From Candidatus Woesearchaeota archaeon (GTDB lineage: Archaea > Nanobdellota > Nanobdellia > SCGC-AAA011-G17 > JACPIM01), in contig JACPIM010000006.1 of NCBI GenBank assembly GCA_016188045.1, forward strand, positions 26,137 through 90,136: a stretch of DNA of 64,000 nucleotides. Direction: 5' to 3'. This document shows positions 9,513 through 21,142 of the stretch, one piece after another (position 1 is the stretch's first letter; each line of letters starts with the position of its first letter). The position numbers were made by a program, and so were the translations under genes. The notes beneath the pieces were generated by a model, which saw only the letters and a program-made list of their open reading frames with translations, did no database searches and was not told the origin of the DNA.

Positions 9513-10287
9513 AGAAAGGCCAAGCAAAGAGGAGTTGGAGAGATTGTATTGGGAGGAAGGAATGAGTCAAAGAAAGGTAGCTAAAAAATATAGAATGTCA
9601 GATAATACTTTAATTTGTTTAATGAATAAATTAAATATAAAAAGGAGAAAAACAGGAGGCAGTCCAGAAAGGAGTCCCTGGCCAAATTTTGAAAGTTGGA
9701 AAGCTTATGGAGTAGAAAGAGGTTACGAATTAAGTAATCCCGAAAATGTAAAAAAAGGAAATAAAGAAGAAAGGTCTTGGTATAATAAAGGAAGCAAAAA
9801 AAGATGGATATTAAAGTTTGATTTCAATAGAATGAGATTAGATGGAAAATGGGAAGAATTTCAAGAGTGGGAAAGATATGGCTTAGAGAGGGAATTTAAT
9901 AAAAGAAATCTTAACAGTTTAAGAAATAGTGAAAATGCTGAAGAAAGATCTTGGTATTGTAAAGGAAACAAAAAGAAATGGTTCCCCAAATTTGAATTTG
10001 CTGGGTTGAAAAGAAAAAAAAGATCTGTTAAAAGCGGCCAATGGAAAGATTTACAATTTGCATTACAACAAGCTAAATTATTTCTAGAAAAACACCCAGA
10101 ATATGAAGAATTACCTAGAGCTCGAATTATGTATCGGCTCGGTGTTTTTACCCTCGGACATGCAATCTATACATATCACGGTGGTTTCCCTGTTTTTCGG
10201 CAATTATTAAATGAGTATATGGGAAGAACATCTGTTATTGATCAACCTTCATTATTAGAGCAATATATTGGAGGAGAAAATGACTGA
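9505..10287 (+). CDS. HTH DNA-binding protein, paralog 1 of a three-gene family; C-terminal tail DQPSLLEQYIGGEND
   Basis: N-terminal ELERLYWEEGMSQRKVAKKYRMSDNTL resembles a sigma-r4/resolvase HTH. Internal duplicated motif ERSWY(N/C)KG.KK.W..KF.F. The start overlaps the helicase stop. Confidence 0.45.
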   Translation: MVKERPSKEELERLYWEEGMSQRKVAKKYRMSDNTLICLMNKLNIKRRKTGGSPERSPWPNFESWKAYGVERGYELSNPENVKKGNKEERSWYNKGSKKRWILKFDFNRMRLDGKWEEFQEWERYGLEREFNKRNLNSLRNSENAEERSWYCKGNKKKWFPKFEFAGLKRKKRSVKSGQWKDLQFALQQAKLFLEKHPEYEELPRARIMYRLGVFTLGHAIYTYHGGFPVFRQLLNEYMGRTSVIDQPSLLEQYIGGEND

Positions 10288-11053
10288 TTTTCTGCCTATA
10301 GGAACATTCTATGCAAATCTTTCTGGAGCACAGAGAAGAGCGATATTATATGCTATTGAAAAAGGTCTTGAATTAAGGAATTCTTGTCCTTGGATTGCAG
10401 ACGAGTTTAGGCAAGGAAAATCAATATCCGCTCTTGCACAAGATGAAAGAATAAAAAAAAGTTTTAATGGAAGCATAAAAACTTTGTATAGGGCATTAAG
10501 CCTTGCTTTAGGTGGTTATAATAGGGAAGTTTCTTTTTCTGAAATCCAACAATATTCTGGCTTAATTCCAAATGAAGAATATCTATCTTTAATACAAGAG
10601 CATAATAAACAATCAACCAATGAATGGAATAAACAAATGCAGGAAAGAGGCATAGGACTCGCTGCAATGACGCGCAAACAAAGACAAGAGATTGGTAGAA
10701 GAAGTGGATTGAAACAATTGGAGAATAAGATTGGAATTCATGCGCAAACACTAGAAGAAAGAAAACTCATAATAAAAAAAGCATTAGTTGCTCAAGGCAA
10801 GACTCCTTGGGAAAATGACGAGATGAAACATTGTTATGAATTATCTTTACAAGAAAGATTTAGAAAAAGTTCAAGAGTTAACTGGGAAGATATCGCGGTA
10901 TCTGTTAATCAAAAATATCATGCAGGAAAAAGCCTAAGAGATAACAGAGCAGTTGCAAAGGCAGCAAAAAAATGGGAAGAAAGAAATATGCCTAAGCAAG
11001 AAAGAGAGAATTCTTCTCTTTTAGAGCAGTATATTGGAGAGGAAGATGGGTAA
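10268..11053 (+). CDS. paralog 2 of the HTH family (lacks the N-terminal HTH); C-terminal tail SSLLEQYIGEEDG
   Basis: Shares the C-terminal SLLEQYIG tail with the other two paralogs. The start codon is embedded in the previous gene's terminal ggaggagaaaATGa. Confidence 0.4.
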   Translation: MEEKMTDFLPIGTFYANLSGAQRRAILYAIEKGLELRNSCPWIADEFRQGKSISALAQDERIKKSFNGSIKTLYRALSLALGGYNREVSFSEIQQYSGLIPNEEYLSLIQEHNKQSTNEWNKQMQERGIGLAAMTRKQRQEIGRRSGLKQLENKIGIHAQTLEERKLIIKKALVAQGKTPWENDEMKHCYELSLQERFRKSSRVNWEDIAVSVNQKYHAGKSLRDNRAVAKAAKKWEERNMPKQERENSSLLEQYIGEEDG

Positions 11054-11633
11054 AGAAAGACCGAACAGGGAGGAACTAGAAAGATTGTATACAGGTGAAA
11101 AGTTATCTGCTATTCAAATAGCAAAAGGATACGGAGTTAATTTCGCTAGAGTTTATAAATGGATGAAAGGTTATGAAATAAAAAGAAGAACTAAAAGTGA
11201 AGCAGTTAAATTGTATAATTGTAAAAGAATACCTGGAAAAAATGAATTGAAAAAATTAAAAAATATTCCCATAAAAGAAATTGCGATAAAATATGGGATT
11301 AATCAAACAACTGCCAGAAGTTGGTTAGATAGATATGATATAAAAAGGAAGAAGCATAAAAAAAATGTTAAACGAGGTTCATGGCAAAGTTTAGAATTTA
11401 CCTTAGAACAAGCAAAATTATTTTTAGAAAAGCATTCTGAATATGAAGAATTGCCAAGTGCAAAAATACTTTCAAAAAAAGGATATATAACTCTTGGAAC
11501 AATAATAGTTAGGTATCACGGCGGCTTTCCTGTCTTTAGACAAAAGTTAGAAGCATACATGCGAGGCGAGCCAATTCCTGAAAACCCAACAGATCAACCT
11601 TCATTATTAGAGCAATACATTGAAGATAGTTAA
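11034..11633 (+). CDS. paralog 3 of the HTH family; two HTH-like segments and C-terminal DQPSLLEQYIEDS
   Basis: ELERLYTGEKLSAIQIAKGYGVNFARVYKWM and IKEIAIKYGINQTTARSWL HTH-like segments. LEQAKLFLEKHSEYEELP...YHGGFPVFRQ is shared with paralog 1. Confidence 0.45.
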   Translation: MERKMGKERPNREELERLYTGEKLSAIQIAKGYGVNFARVYKWMKGYEIKRRTKSEAVKLYNCKRIPGKNELKKLKNIPIKEIAIKYGINQTTARSWLDRYDIKRKKHKKNVKRGSWQSLEFTLEQAKLFLEKHSEYEELPSAKILSKKGYITLGTIIVRYHGGFPVFRQKLEAYMRGEPIPENPTDQPSLLEQYIEDS

Positions 11634-11635
11634 CC

Positions 11636-11675
11636 ATTTTTCACAACCCTATTTCAACTTTATTATTTTTTTAAC
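11636..11675. repeat. degenerate third copy of the gyrA 3'-end repeat (TTCACAACCCTA...CAACTTTAT)
   Basis: Shares TTCACAACCCTA and CAACTTTAT with the repeats at 12056 and 13509 but lacks the central GAAACACTAG. Confidence 0.3.
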
Positions 11676-11996
11676 TAACATATCTTGATAAATTTTGAAT
11701 GCCTTACGATTTTCTTTCTTGTAAATATAAGGTGTTCCGATATCTTCTTTACATTTAGGGCAACTTAATGTTGGAATTGTTTTCAAAGGTTTAGTTTCAA
11801 GATTAGTCAGATTCTTTGGATAAAAAATTCTATCAAAATAAAGTCTCCGTAAATTGCCAGGACCATCTTTTTGGTAAACAAGAATCTTTTTACCACAAAC
11901 CCTACAAAATAGATCCATCAATCTTGAATACGTTCCCCTTACAGTTTTATATTTATCTTTTTTGAATTCAAAGCCCACATTATAATAAAATAACAA
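11649..11996 (-). CDS. hypothetical Zn-ribbon protein (CxxC ... CxxC)
   Basis: CRVCGKK and CPKCKED cysteine pairs. 115 aa. Confidence 0.35.
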   Translation of the reverse strand: MLFYYNVGFEFKKDKYKTVRGTYSRLMDLFCRVCGKKILVYQKDGPGNLRRLYFDRIFYPKNLTNLETKPLKTIPTLSCPKCKEDIGTPYIYKKENRKAFKIYQDMLVKKIIKLK

Positions 11997-12055
11997 AAGT
12001 ATTTATTAATGTTTTGATTAAACACCATAATAATATCCCAAAAATTATCAGCTAT

Positions 12056-12108
12056 TCTTCACAACCCTAGAAACACTAGCAACTTTATCGTTTTCTTTTA
12101 ATCTTATT
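12056..12108. repeat. displaced in-frame copy of the gyrA 3' end (about 53 nt, roughly 88% identical to 13509..13560); putative attL-like scar
   Basis: The minus strand encodes RLKENDKVASVSRVVKNS-stop, versus the GyrA C-terminus [18 protein letters not shown]-stop. Same orientation as the copy inside gyrA. Confidence 0.6.
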
Positions 12109-12190
12109 AAATTATTCAATAATTATTTAAAGTTATGTACATTAACATGGCCATAAAGTTTATAAATAAGTACATACCGATGTACATAAC

Positions 12191-13447
12191 ATGGAAAAAG
12201 CCAAATTAGAAGAATTTAATCATTGGTGGACAACCAGTAAAGTAGACGAAGAGTTAGCCTTGCCATTCAAAAGAAGTATATATTCAGAAATAGAAGGGCA
12301 CATCAATAAAAGGTTCATATTAGCTTTAGTTGGATTAAGGAGAGTTGGAAAAACAACAATAATATATCAAATTATAAAACAGTTACTAGAAAAAAACGTC
12401 GATAAGACAAATATTTTATTTTTTTCATTTGATGAAGTTTCAGCTGAATTAAGTGAAGTCCTAGAAACGTTCAAAGAAGTCCATAACAAAGACTTCAGAA
12501 AAGAGAAAATCTATGTTTTTCTTGATGAAATTCAGAAATGTAATAATTGGGAAAACGAACTAAAAAAATATTATGATCTTTATCCCAAACTAAAATTTAT
12601 AATAAGCGGCTCAGAATCTCTTTTCATAAGAAAAAAAACTAAAGAAACTCTGGCAGGAAGAATTTTTGAATTTGCTCTAAATCCATTCGCTTTTAGAGAA
12701 TATCTTAGATTTAATGAAATTAGTGAAGATGAATTTAAATATGAAACAAAAATAAAACCACTTTTTATTAAATTTGCAGAGAAAGGCGGTTTCCCAGAAA
12801 CATTTTCTTTTGAAACCGACAAGGAGTTTAAGGAATATATTAGGTCTCTAGTAGTTGATAAAATAATTTATAAGGATATTCCGAGAATATTTAAATTAGA
12901 AGACCCAGACTTCTTAAGGGTTCTTCTAGAATTAATTGCTACAAATCCAGGAATGTACATCGATTACCAATCCCTAAGTAAGCAATTTGAGAAAGATAGA
13001 AGAGTAATAAAAAGTTATATCACTTATCTTAAAGAAAGTTTTTTGATAACACTGTTAGGTAATTATAGGAAAGGGAGCATAATAACTTTAAGAAAGAAAA
13101 AAAGAGCCTATCCTGCAGATAATGCTTTGATATATCTATACAAACCAACCATTGATGAAGATTTTTTTGGAAAAATGGTTGAAGTTTTAGTAGTAAATAA
13201 ACTTAAAGCTTCATCTTTCTGGAAAAATAGTGGAGAGATAGACATAGTTCATGAAGATATCCCAATAGAAATAAAATATCAAGAAAAGATAAACTCAGAA
13301 GATTTTAAGCCAATAAAGGAATTTATGAAGAAATTTAATAAAAAAGAGGGTATAATGATAACTAAAAATGAAGAAAGAGAAATAAAGTTTGAAAAAGGCA
13401 TAATAAAGTTAATTCCTGTTTGGAAATGGCTTCTTGAAGAAAAATGA
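12191..13447 (+). CDS. AAA+ ATPase of the archaeal AAA_14/DUF4143 family
   Basis: Walker A LALVGLRRVGKTTII, Walker B VFLDEIQ, and a C-terminal DUF4143-like region. Preceded by a TATA-like TTTATAAATA at 12154-12163. Confidence 0.75.
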   Translation: MEKAKLEEFNHWWTTSKVDEELALPFKRSIYSEIEGHINKRFILALVGLRRVGKTTIIYQIIKQLLEKNVDKTNILFFSFDEVSAELSEVLETFKEVHNKDFRKEKIYVFLDEIQKCNNWENELKKYYDLYPKLKFIISGSESLFIRKKTKETLAGRIFEFALNPFAFREYLRFNEISEDEFKYETKIKPLFIKFAEKGGFPETFSFETDKEFKEYIRSLVVDKIIYKDIPRIFKLEDPDFLRVLLELIATNPGMYIDYQSLSKQFEKDRRVIKSYITYLKESFLITLLGNYRKGSIITLRKKKRAYPADNALIYLYKPTIDEDFFGKMVEVLVVNKLKASSFWKNSGEIDIVHEDIPIEIKYQEKINSEDFKPIKEFMKKFNKKEGIMITKNEEREIKFEKGIIKLIPVWKWLLEEK

Positions 13448-13498
13448 ATTTGGAAAGTATATTATTTTTGATATATTTTGTGTAAATGAACCACTTCC

Positions 13499-16400
13499 TC
13501 AACCGTTTTTCATAACCCTAGAAACACTAGCAATTTTATCCCCTTCTTTTAATCTCATTATTATAACACCCTGGCTGTTTCTCCCAACTTTAGATATATT
13601 ATTTACCTCAGTTCTTATTATCTGTCCTTTAACAGTTATACACATTATTTCATCGTAATCTTTCACAGTTTTAATTCCAACAACTTTTCCATTTTTCTCA
13701 GTTACATTAATATTCTTAACCCCAGAACCACCTCTTTTAATTAATCTATATTCACCCATACTAGTTCTTTTACCATATCCATTCTCAGTAACAGTTAGCA
13801 AATCTCCATCTTCTAAAGCAACCTCCATTCCAATAACCCCATCATCTCTTAATCTAATTCCTCTTACCCCAGTTGCATTTCTTCCCATTACTCTAACATC
13901 TTCCTCATTAAACTTGACAGCTTGCCCGTTTTTAGTTCCAATTATAAAATTTAGATACCCAGGAGTTAATCTAACTTGAACTACTTCATCATTATCATTA
14001 AGATTAATTGCATTTATCCCGCCTTTTCTAGGATTGCTATACTCTGAAAGCAAACTTTTTTTCAAAATTCCTTTTTTAGTAACAAAAATTAAAGAGTGTT
14101 TGTCATCAAATTCTTTTATAGGCAAGACAGCACTTACTTTTTCATTTTCTCCTAAATGCAATAGATTAATCAAAGCCCCGCCTTTTGCATATCTTGAAGC
14201 TTCAGGAATTTCGTAAGCCTTTAGCCAATGAACTCTCCCTTTATTAGTAAAAAACAACAATTGACTTAGATTGCTTGTAATAAATAATTCTTGAACCACA
14301 TCTTCTTCTTTAGTCGTAGTAGCTCTAATACCAGTTCCGCCTCTTCCTTGGCTTCTATAAAGTTCTAAAGAAGTTTGTTTTGCATATCCAGAAGAAGTAA
14401 TAGTCACAACAATATCTTCTTCATTTATCAAATCCTCATTAGTTACAACTTCCTCAATTTGATTTGATATTAATGTTTTTCTTTCATCTCCATATTCATT
14501 CTTGATTTCACTTAATTCGCTTTTTATTATTCCGAATATTTTTCCAATATCAGCTAAAATATTTTTCAATTCTTCTATCAGTATTAACAAATGTTCATAT
14601 TCTTCTTGTATTTTTCTGGTTTCTAAGGAAGTCAATCTTTGTAATCTCATCTCCAAAATAGCATTAGCCTGTATTTCTGTTAGCTCAAATCTCTGAACTA
14701 ATCCCATTCTCGCAACATCAACACTTTCGCTTCTTTTTATTAATTGAACAACAGGATCAATATTACTTAGTGCGATTCTTAAACCTTGCAATATATGTGC
14801 TCTTTTTTCAGCTTTATCTAATTCAAATTTGGTTCTTCTGATAACAACCGTTTTTCTATGAACAATAAATTCCTTAATTAATCCCTTTAAGTCTAAAACT
14901 TTAGGTTCATTGTTTACTAAAGCCAAATTAATAACACCAAACGTAGTTTGTAAAGAACTGAGTTTATACAGTTGGCTTAATATCAATTCACCATCAAAAT
15001 TTTTCTTTAATTCAATTACAATCCTCATTCCCTTTCTGTCGCTTTCATCTCTTATATCTGAAATACCTTCAATTCTTTTATCATGAACTAACTGAGCTAT
15101 TCCCTCAATCAATAATGATTTATTTACCATATAAGGAATTTCTGTTATGATTATCTTATCTTCCATAACTTCTGCCTTGGCTCTTACAGTTAGTTTTCCC
15201 CTTCCGCTTTCATAAGCGCTTTTAATTCCATTTTCTCCTAAAATAATACCGCCAGTAGGAAAATCAGGTCCTTTAATGAATTTCATTAACTCTAAACTAT
15301 TGCATTCAGGATGATCTATTGCAAAAATAATAGCATCACAAACTTCTCTGATATTATGCGGTGGAATATTAGTAGCCATTCCAACAGCAATACCACTAGA
15401 TCCGTTAATTAATAAATTTGGTAATTTACTTGGTAATACGGTTGGTTCTTTTTCACTATTGTCAAAATTATTCACCAAATCAACTGTATCTTTATCAATA
15501 TCAATTAAGATTTCTTCAGCCATTTTGCTTAATTTGGCCTCTGTGTATCTGTATGCAGCAGCAGCGTCTCCATCTACGGAATTATGTACAAAAACACCGC
15601 AATCTAAAAGAAAATTATGATTTTCATTAACTGTGATATCATACACATCTTCTATGTAATCTAAAAATTTAATGCTTACAACATAGTGATTGTATTCTTT
15701 AGCCAATACAACCATTTCATTAATATTTTTAAAGTATCTTATGACATTGTTAAATCTTGGAAAACAATTATTTGTTCTAAATTTATTATAATTTTCTTCG
15801 TTTATATTATCTTCACCAAGAGTAGTAATTAGCCTGTTAACATAATACAGTATTTTGTTCTTTATTATACTTTTTTTATAATTATCATTTTTCCAGTTCA
15901 TCTTATGGGCCATAGCGGCTTTTTGTGCAATATCTTTCATAAAATTTGGTTTATTTTTTAATCTTAACAAATTACTCTTTCTAATGCCGCCTATAACTTT
16001 TTTCCTGAAATTTTCATTGGCCCACAATTTCTTCATTTTTTCGATTTGTAGTTTTTTATACTCTTCATTTTGCCAAGCCTTTTTAGCCATTTCACTTAAA
16101 TGATTATGATTTTCATTAATGAACTTCAATCTGTAATCATTTTCTTTCCAAAGTTTTTTGCTTCTTTCAGAAATCAATTTACGTGCTTCTGAATTATTTC
16201 TATAGAACTCTTTAATGCTCTGTGCTCTTTTTTGTATGACTTCAGGATGTTCTAAAATATTTTTTTTTTGTTTTTCAGATATCTTATTTTTTATTTCTGG
16301 TTTATTTAGTGCCCTTTTGATGCTTTTAATTATAGAATCTCTTTTTTTCTTATCACTCCACATTTTTTTAGAAAATTCTGACATGCATTTTCTTCTTTCA

Positions 16401-17500
16401 GGATGTTTATTATAATTTTCTTTAATTTTATCTGAAAGTTTATGCCTTAATTCTGGATTTTTCCAAAGTTCTTTTCTTTTTTGAGAAGATTTTTTTATAA
16501 AGTTAAGATCTTTGTTTCTTTCAATAAGCCTTTTTCTTAATTTTTCTATATGTTCCGGGTTATTTTTATAGAAGTTTTTAACACCTGCCCTTTGTTTTAA
16601 TCTAAAACCCAAACCCTTCCAATTTTCTTTTATTTGAGTGTTGTGAATTTTTGTATGATCATTCCAACTTAGTCTCTTTAAATTATCTGGACTATTATCG
16701 AGCTTATTAAAATTAACATGGTGTTTTACAGGCCCATCGTTTATAGAATAAAGGCCCCTTTCTAAATTATAGGCATCAGCAATTTCATGGACAAAAAAAT
16801 ATCTATCTTCTTTGTTATCCTTTATCATCAAATAATCTTTTAATTCAGTATTGCCCCTTATCGGACTAAGTTTAAAGTAACCTGGCATTAAACTATCATC
16901 TGGGGTTAAATATCTCGCTTCTTTATATTTTAAATTTTTTAATAAAAATCTGTGATCTGGTGTACATCTTATTATCTCGCCGCCATCTAATGTTATCTCA
17001 ACTATTTCTGAATCTTTCTTTGTTAATCTTGGATTCTTAGCTTCCCCAACTACAATTTTACCATCTTTATTAATAGAATAAACATAAAATATTTCATCTT
17101 TTTTATAAAGTTCACAAAGTTCTTTAAAACTTTTAGAAGTTCCATCTAATAATTTAATTTTTGTATCCCCTGTAAAACAACCAAAATTTCCCTGTCCTTT
17201 AACTAAAGGATATCTTAATGAAAAATTCTGAGCCATTCTGACTAAAGCATCATAAACAGACATATCGCCGTGGGGATGAAATTTTGCTAGAACAGTCCCA
17301 ACGACATTTGCACTTTTCTTAAATGCTTTATTATAATCTAAACCTAATTGTTTCATAGCATAAAGAACTCTCCTATGAACTGGTTTTAATCCATCTCTGA
17401 CATCAGGAATAGCTCTTGCTACAATAACACTCATAGCATAGTCCATATAGGACTGCTTCATCTCATCTTCAATTAGTCTTTCTTGAATTTCTTCTGGCAT
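13499..17500 (-). CDS. gyrA: DNA gyrase subunit A, containing a 533-aa intein
   Basis: N-extein ...[33 protein letters not shown] | C-extein [17 protein letters not shown]..., then GyrA-box-like repeats to the C-terminus. The total of 1333 aa corresponds to about 800 aa of GyrA plus the intein. Confidence 0.85.
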   Translation of the reverse strand: MPEEIQERLIEDEMKQSYMDYAMSVIVARAIPDVRDGLKPVHRRVLYAMKQLGLDYNKAFKKSANVVGTVLAKFHPHGDMSVYDALVRMAQNFSLRYPLVKGQGNFGCFTGDTKIKLLDGTSKSFKELCELYKKDEIFYVYSINKDGKIVVGEAKNPRLTKKDSEIVEITLDGGEIIRCTPDHRFLLKNLKYKEARYLTPDDSLMPGYFKLSPIRGNTELKDYLMIKDNKEDRYFFVHEIADAYNLERGLYSINDGPVKHHVNFNKLDNSPDNLKRLSWNDHTKIHNTQIKENWKGLGFRLKQRAGVKNFYKNNPEHIEKLRKRLIERNKDLNFIKKSSQKRKELWKNPELRHKLSDKIKENYNKHPERRKCMSEFSKKMWSDKKKRDSIIKSIKRALNKPEIKNKISEKQKKNILEHPEVIQKRAQSIKEFYRNNSEARKLISERSKKLWKENDYRLKFINENHNHLSEMAKKAWQNEEYKKLQIEKMKKLWANENFRKKVIGGIRKSNLLRLKNKPNFMKDIAQKAAMAHKMNWKNDNYKKSIIKNKILYYVNRLITTLGEDNINEENYNKFRTNNCFPRFNNVIRYFKNINEMVVLAKEYNHYVVSIKFLDYIEDVYDITVNENHNFLLDCGVFVHNSVDGDAAAAYRYTEAKLSKMAEEILIDIDKDTVDLVNNFDNSEKEPTVLPSKLPNLLINGSSGIAVGMATNIPPHNIREVCDAIIFAIDHPECNSLELMKFIKGPDFPTGGIILGENGIKSAYESGRGKLTVRAKAEVMEDKIIITEIPYMVNKSLLIEGIAQLVHDKRIEGISDIRDESDRKGMRIVIELKKNFDGELILSQLYKLSSLQTTFGVINLALVNNEPKVLDLKGLIKEFIVHRKTVVIRRTKFELDKAEKRAHILQGLRIALSNIDPVVQLIKRSESVDVARMGLVQRFELTEIQANAILEMRLQRLTSLETRKIQEEYEHLLILIEELKNILADIGKIFGIIKSELSEIKNEYGDERKTLISNQIEEVVTNEDLINEEDIVVTITSSGYAKQTSLELYRSQGRGGTGIRATTTKEEDVVQELFITSNLSQLLFFTNKGRVHWLKAYEIPEASRYAKGGALINLLHLGENEKVSAVLPIKEFDDKHSLIFVTKKGILKKSLLSEYSNPRKGGINAINLNDNDEVVQVRLTPGYLNFIIGTKNGQAVKFNEEDVRVMGRNATGVRGIRLRDDGVIGMEVALEDGDLLTVTENGYGKRTSMGEYRLIKRGGSGVKNINVTEKNGKVVGIKTVKDYDEIMCITVKGQIIRTEVNNISKVGRNSQGVIIMRLKEGDKIASVSRVMKNG
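13509..13560. repeat. gyrA 3'-terminal coding sequence that is duplicated at 12056..12108 (attR-like)
   Basis: See the alignment with 12056..12108. Lies within the last about 20 codons of gyrA. Confidence 0.6.
15581..17179 (-). other. GyrA intein (gyrA-a site) with an HNH endonuclease motif and an array of about 12 basic 25-aa repeats
   Basis: Begins [13 protein letters not shown] after GNFG and ends CGVFVHN before SVDGD. HNH-like [27 protein letters not shown]. Repeats of the type K..W.NPE...K.S.K.KE. Confidence 0.7.
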
Positions 17501-17502
17501 TT

Positions 17503-17997
17503 CTATTTACCTACCACAACTCCCCCGATATAATCTTGATTAAAAACTTCTTCTCCATTATACAATATTCTTTCATGTCCACTAAATCTTCTGATATCGC
17601 CTAGGACTTCGTTTACATATTCCCATTTACCATATTTTAAATTATTGGGCCCCCTAAACGGCATTTGTAAAGGAACCGCACCCAAAGCTTTTTTCAAAAA
17701 ACCAAAAACTTGCTTTGCAAAAGCAACATCACCATAAAATCTATCTATCATACCACCAGAATATGCCATAGTCCAAATTGGTGTCCCATCTTTAACGCCA
17801 ATTCTAACAATCTCCATTCCGGGAGCTTGAAAAAAACCACAATAACTATCTCTGTAATAATATTCTCCTTCTTGGAATTCTAATTCATCAAATCTTGGTC
17901 TTTCTGATGCTATCTTCATTTTATTTACAGAGGCATAAGTATTTTTTTTAGCTTCTACCAAAAACTCTGCTAATTCCTCTAAATTTAATTCTCCCAT
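17503..17997 (-). CDS. hypothetical protein encoded between gyrB and gyrA
   Basis: 164-aa ORF with 2-nt spacing to the gyrA start and to the upstream ORF. No motif recognised. Confidence 0.4.
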   Translation of the reverse strand: MGELNLEELAEFLVEAKKNTYASVNKMKIASERPRFDELEFQEGEYYYRDSYCGFFQAPGMEIVRIGVKDGTPIWTMAYSGGMIDRFYGDVAFAKQVFGFLKKALGAVPLQMPFRGPNNLKYGKWEYVNEVLGDIRRFSGHERILYNGEEVFNQDYIGGVVVGK

Positions 17998-17999
17998 CT

Positions 18000-18185
18000 T
18001 TAATATTCTCTTCTACCCACAGTTTCATCATATTCAAAACCTTCCTCCCTCAAATCAAGATCATCAAATCTATCATCCCTATGTCTAAATGGATATTTTA
18101 TTATAGAAACTGGTTCATCAACTACAAATTCCCCATCACTTCTCTCAATTAATATTCCAATATTTTCATTATTTATTCTACTCAT
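18000..18185 (-). CDS. small acidic hypothetical protein between gyrB and gyrA
   Basis: 61 aa, D/E-rich. Tightly spaced within the gyrB-gyrA transcription unit. Confidence 0.3.
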   Translation of the reverse strand: MSRINNENIGILIERSDGEFVVDEPVSIIKYPFRHRDDRFDDLDLREEGFEYDETVGRREY

Positions 18186-18196
18186 AATCTTACCCC

Positions 18197-20131
<1,935 letters not shown>

Positions 20132-20377
20132 TTAAGATTATATACTCTATAGAAAAATACTATTCTATATAAGTCTTTCTCAGCTTAAAACATCAAAATT
20201 TTGATAGCTCAAGCCCTATAAACGCAAAGTTCTATTCAAAAAAATAGCCTTTCTTTCGCCTTATATTAACAAAAAAACAACTTCTTAAGACTAGAAAAAG
20301 AGCGCACTAAATAATACTATTTTTATTACTGTCAGTAATAAATCACATTTATAAATACCCTCTTTCTAAGAAAATCT

Positions 20378-21142
20378 ATGGTTATTCAAGTAGCATTAAA
20401 AAATGAAGCAAATGAATCAGCATCTATATTAGATGCTTCTGTATTAGCGCCACATAATGAATATATTCAGAGATATAATCCAACATTAAGAGGATATTTA
20501 GGTAAATATGCTCAATCAAATGGAGCATTAACTGGTTCAAGTCCGCTTTTGCAAGTTAATTTACAAGATTCTGGATTGCTTCCAGGAGATGCAAGAGTTG
20601 TGACAAGAAGTGAATTAGAAACGGCAATCTCCAGAAGTACTGCTTTTTTAAGTGATACTTATACTGATTTTGGACTTGCTTTATTTACAGCAGGAGATCC
20701 ACACAAACCTAATGATTTGCCTTCTAAGGTATTAGCAGGGCAATTAAAACACAGAGGAATTAAACTCGGAAAAGGTAAATTAGTGCCTTTAACAGTTTTA
20801 AGCTTAGAAGAAAATGCAAATTCTGCTTATGGCGCGGTTTTTAGATTAAATGATAAAGCAAATAAAGATAATGTCTTAGATTTAAGAAATTTTAAATGGT
20901 ATTCTCTTAGAAGCGAAGGTATGTCCTGTGCTAGTCTCGGCAGGGACAGGCGCTGGGATGCCTACGGCAGCTACGTGGGCGATTCCGTTGACGATGGCCG
21001 GGTAGCCGTCGTAAGTGGCGAAGCCACTTCGCGAAAAATTTTAGATAATCATCTTACAAATTTTAGACAAGAAAGAGATGCAGAGATTGCAAAAATTCAA
21101 AGACAATACGCAGAGAGAGAAGCCCTATTAAGAGTAGAATGA
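20378..21142 (+). CDS. hypothetical protein carrying an internal 110-nt GC-rich patch
   Basis: 254-aa ORF. The stretch 20930..21040 is about 60% GC in a roughly 30% GC background and encodes SCASLGRDRRWDAYGSYVGDSVDDGRVAVVSGEATSR. Confidence 0.35.
   Translation: MVIQVALKNEANESASILDASVLAPHNEYIQRYNPTLRGYLGKYAQSNGALTGSSPLLQVNLQDSGLLPGDARVVTRSELETAISRSTAFLSDTYTDFGLALFTAGDPHKPNDLPSKVLAGQLKHRGIKLGKGKLVPLTVLSLEENANSAYGAVFRLNDKANKDNVLDLRNFKWYSLRSEGMSCASLGRDRRWDAYGSYVGDSVDDGRVAVVSGEATSRKILDNHLTNFRQERDAEIAKIQRQYAEREALLRVE

Noticed and set aside
11649-13560. Expectation of an integrase or transposase associated with the repeat-flanked cassettes
   Set aside because: No tyrosine or serine recombinase, IS transposase or terminal inverted repeats were recognisable in or next to the cassettes. 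The mobility mechanism is therefore unknown.
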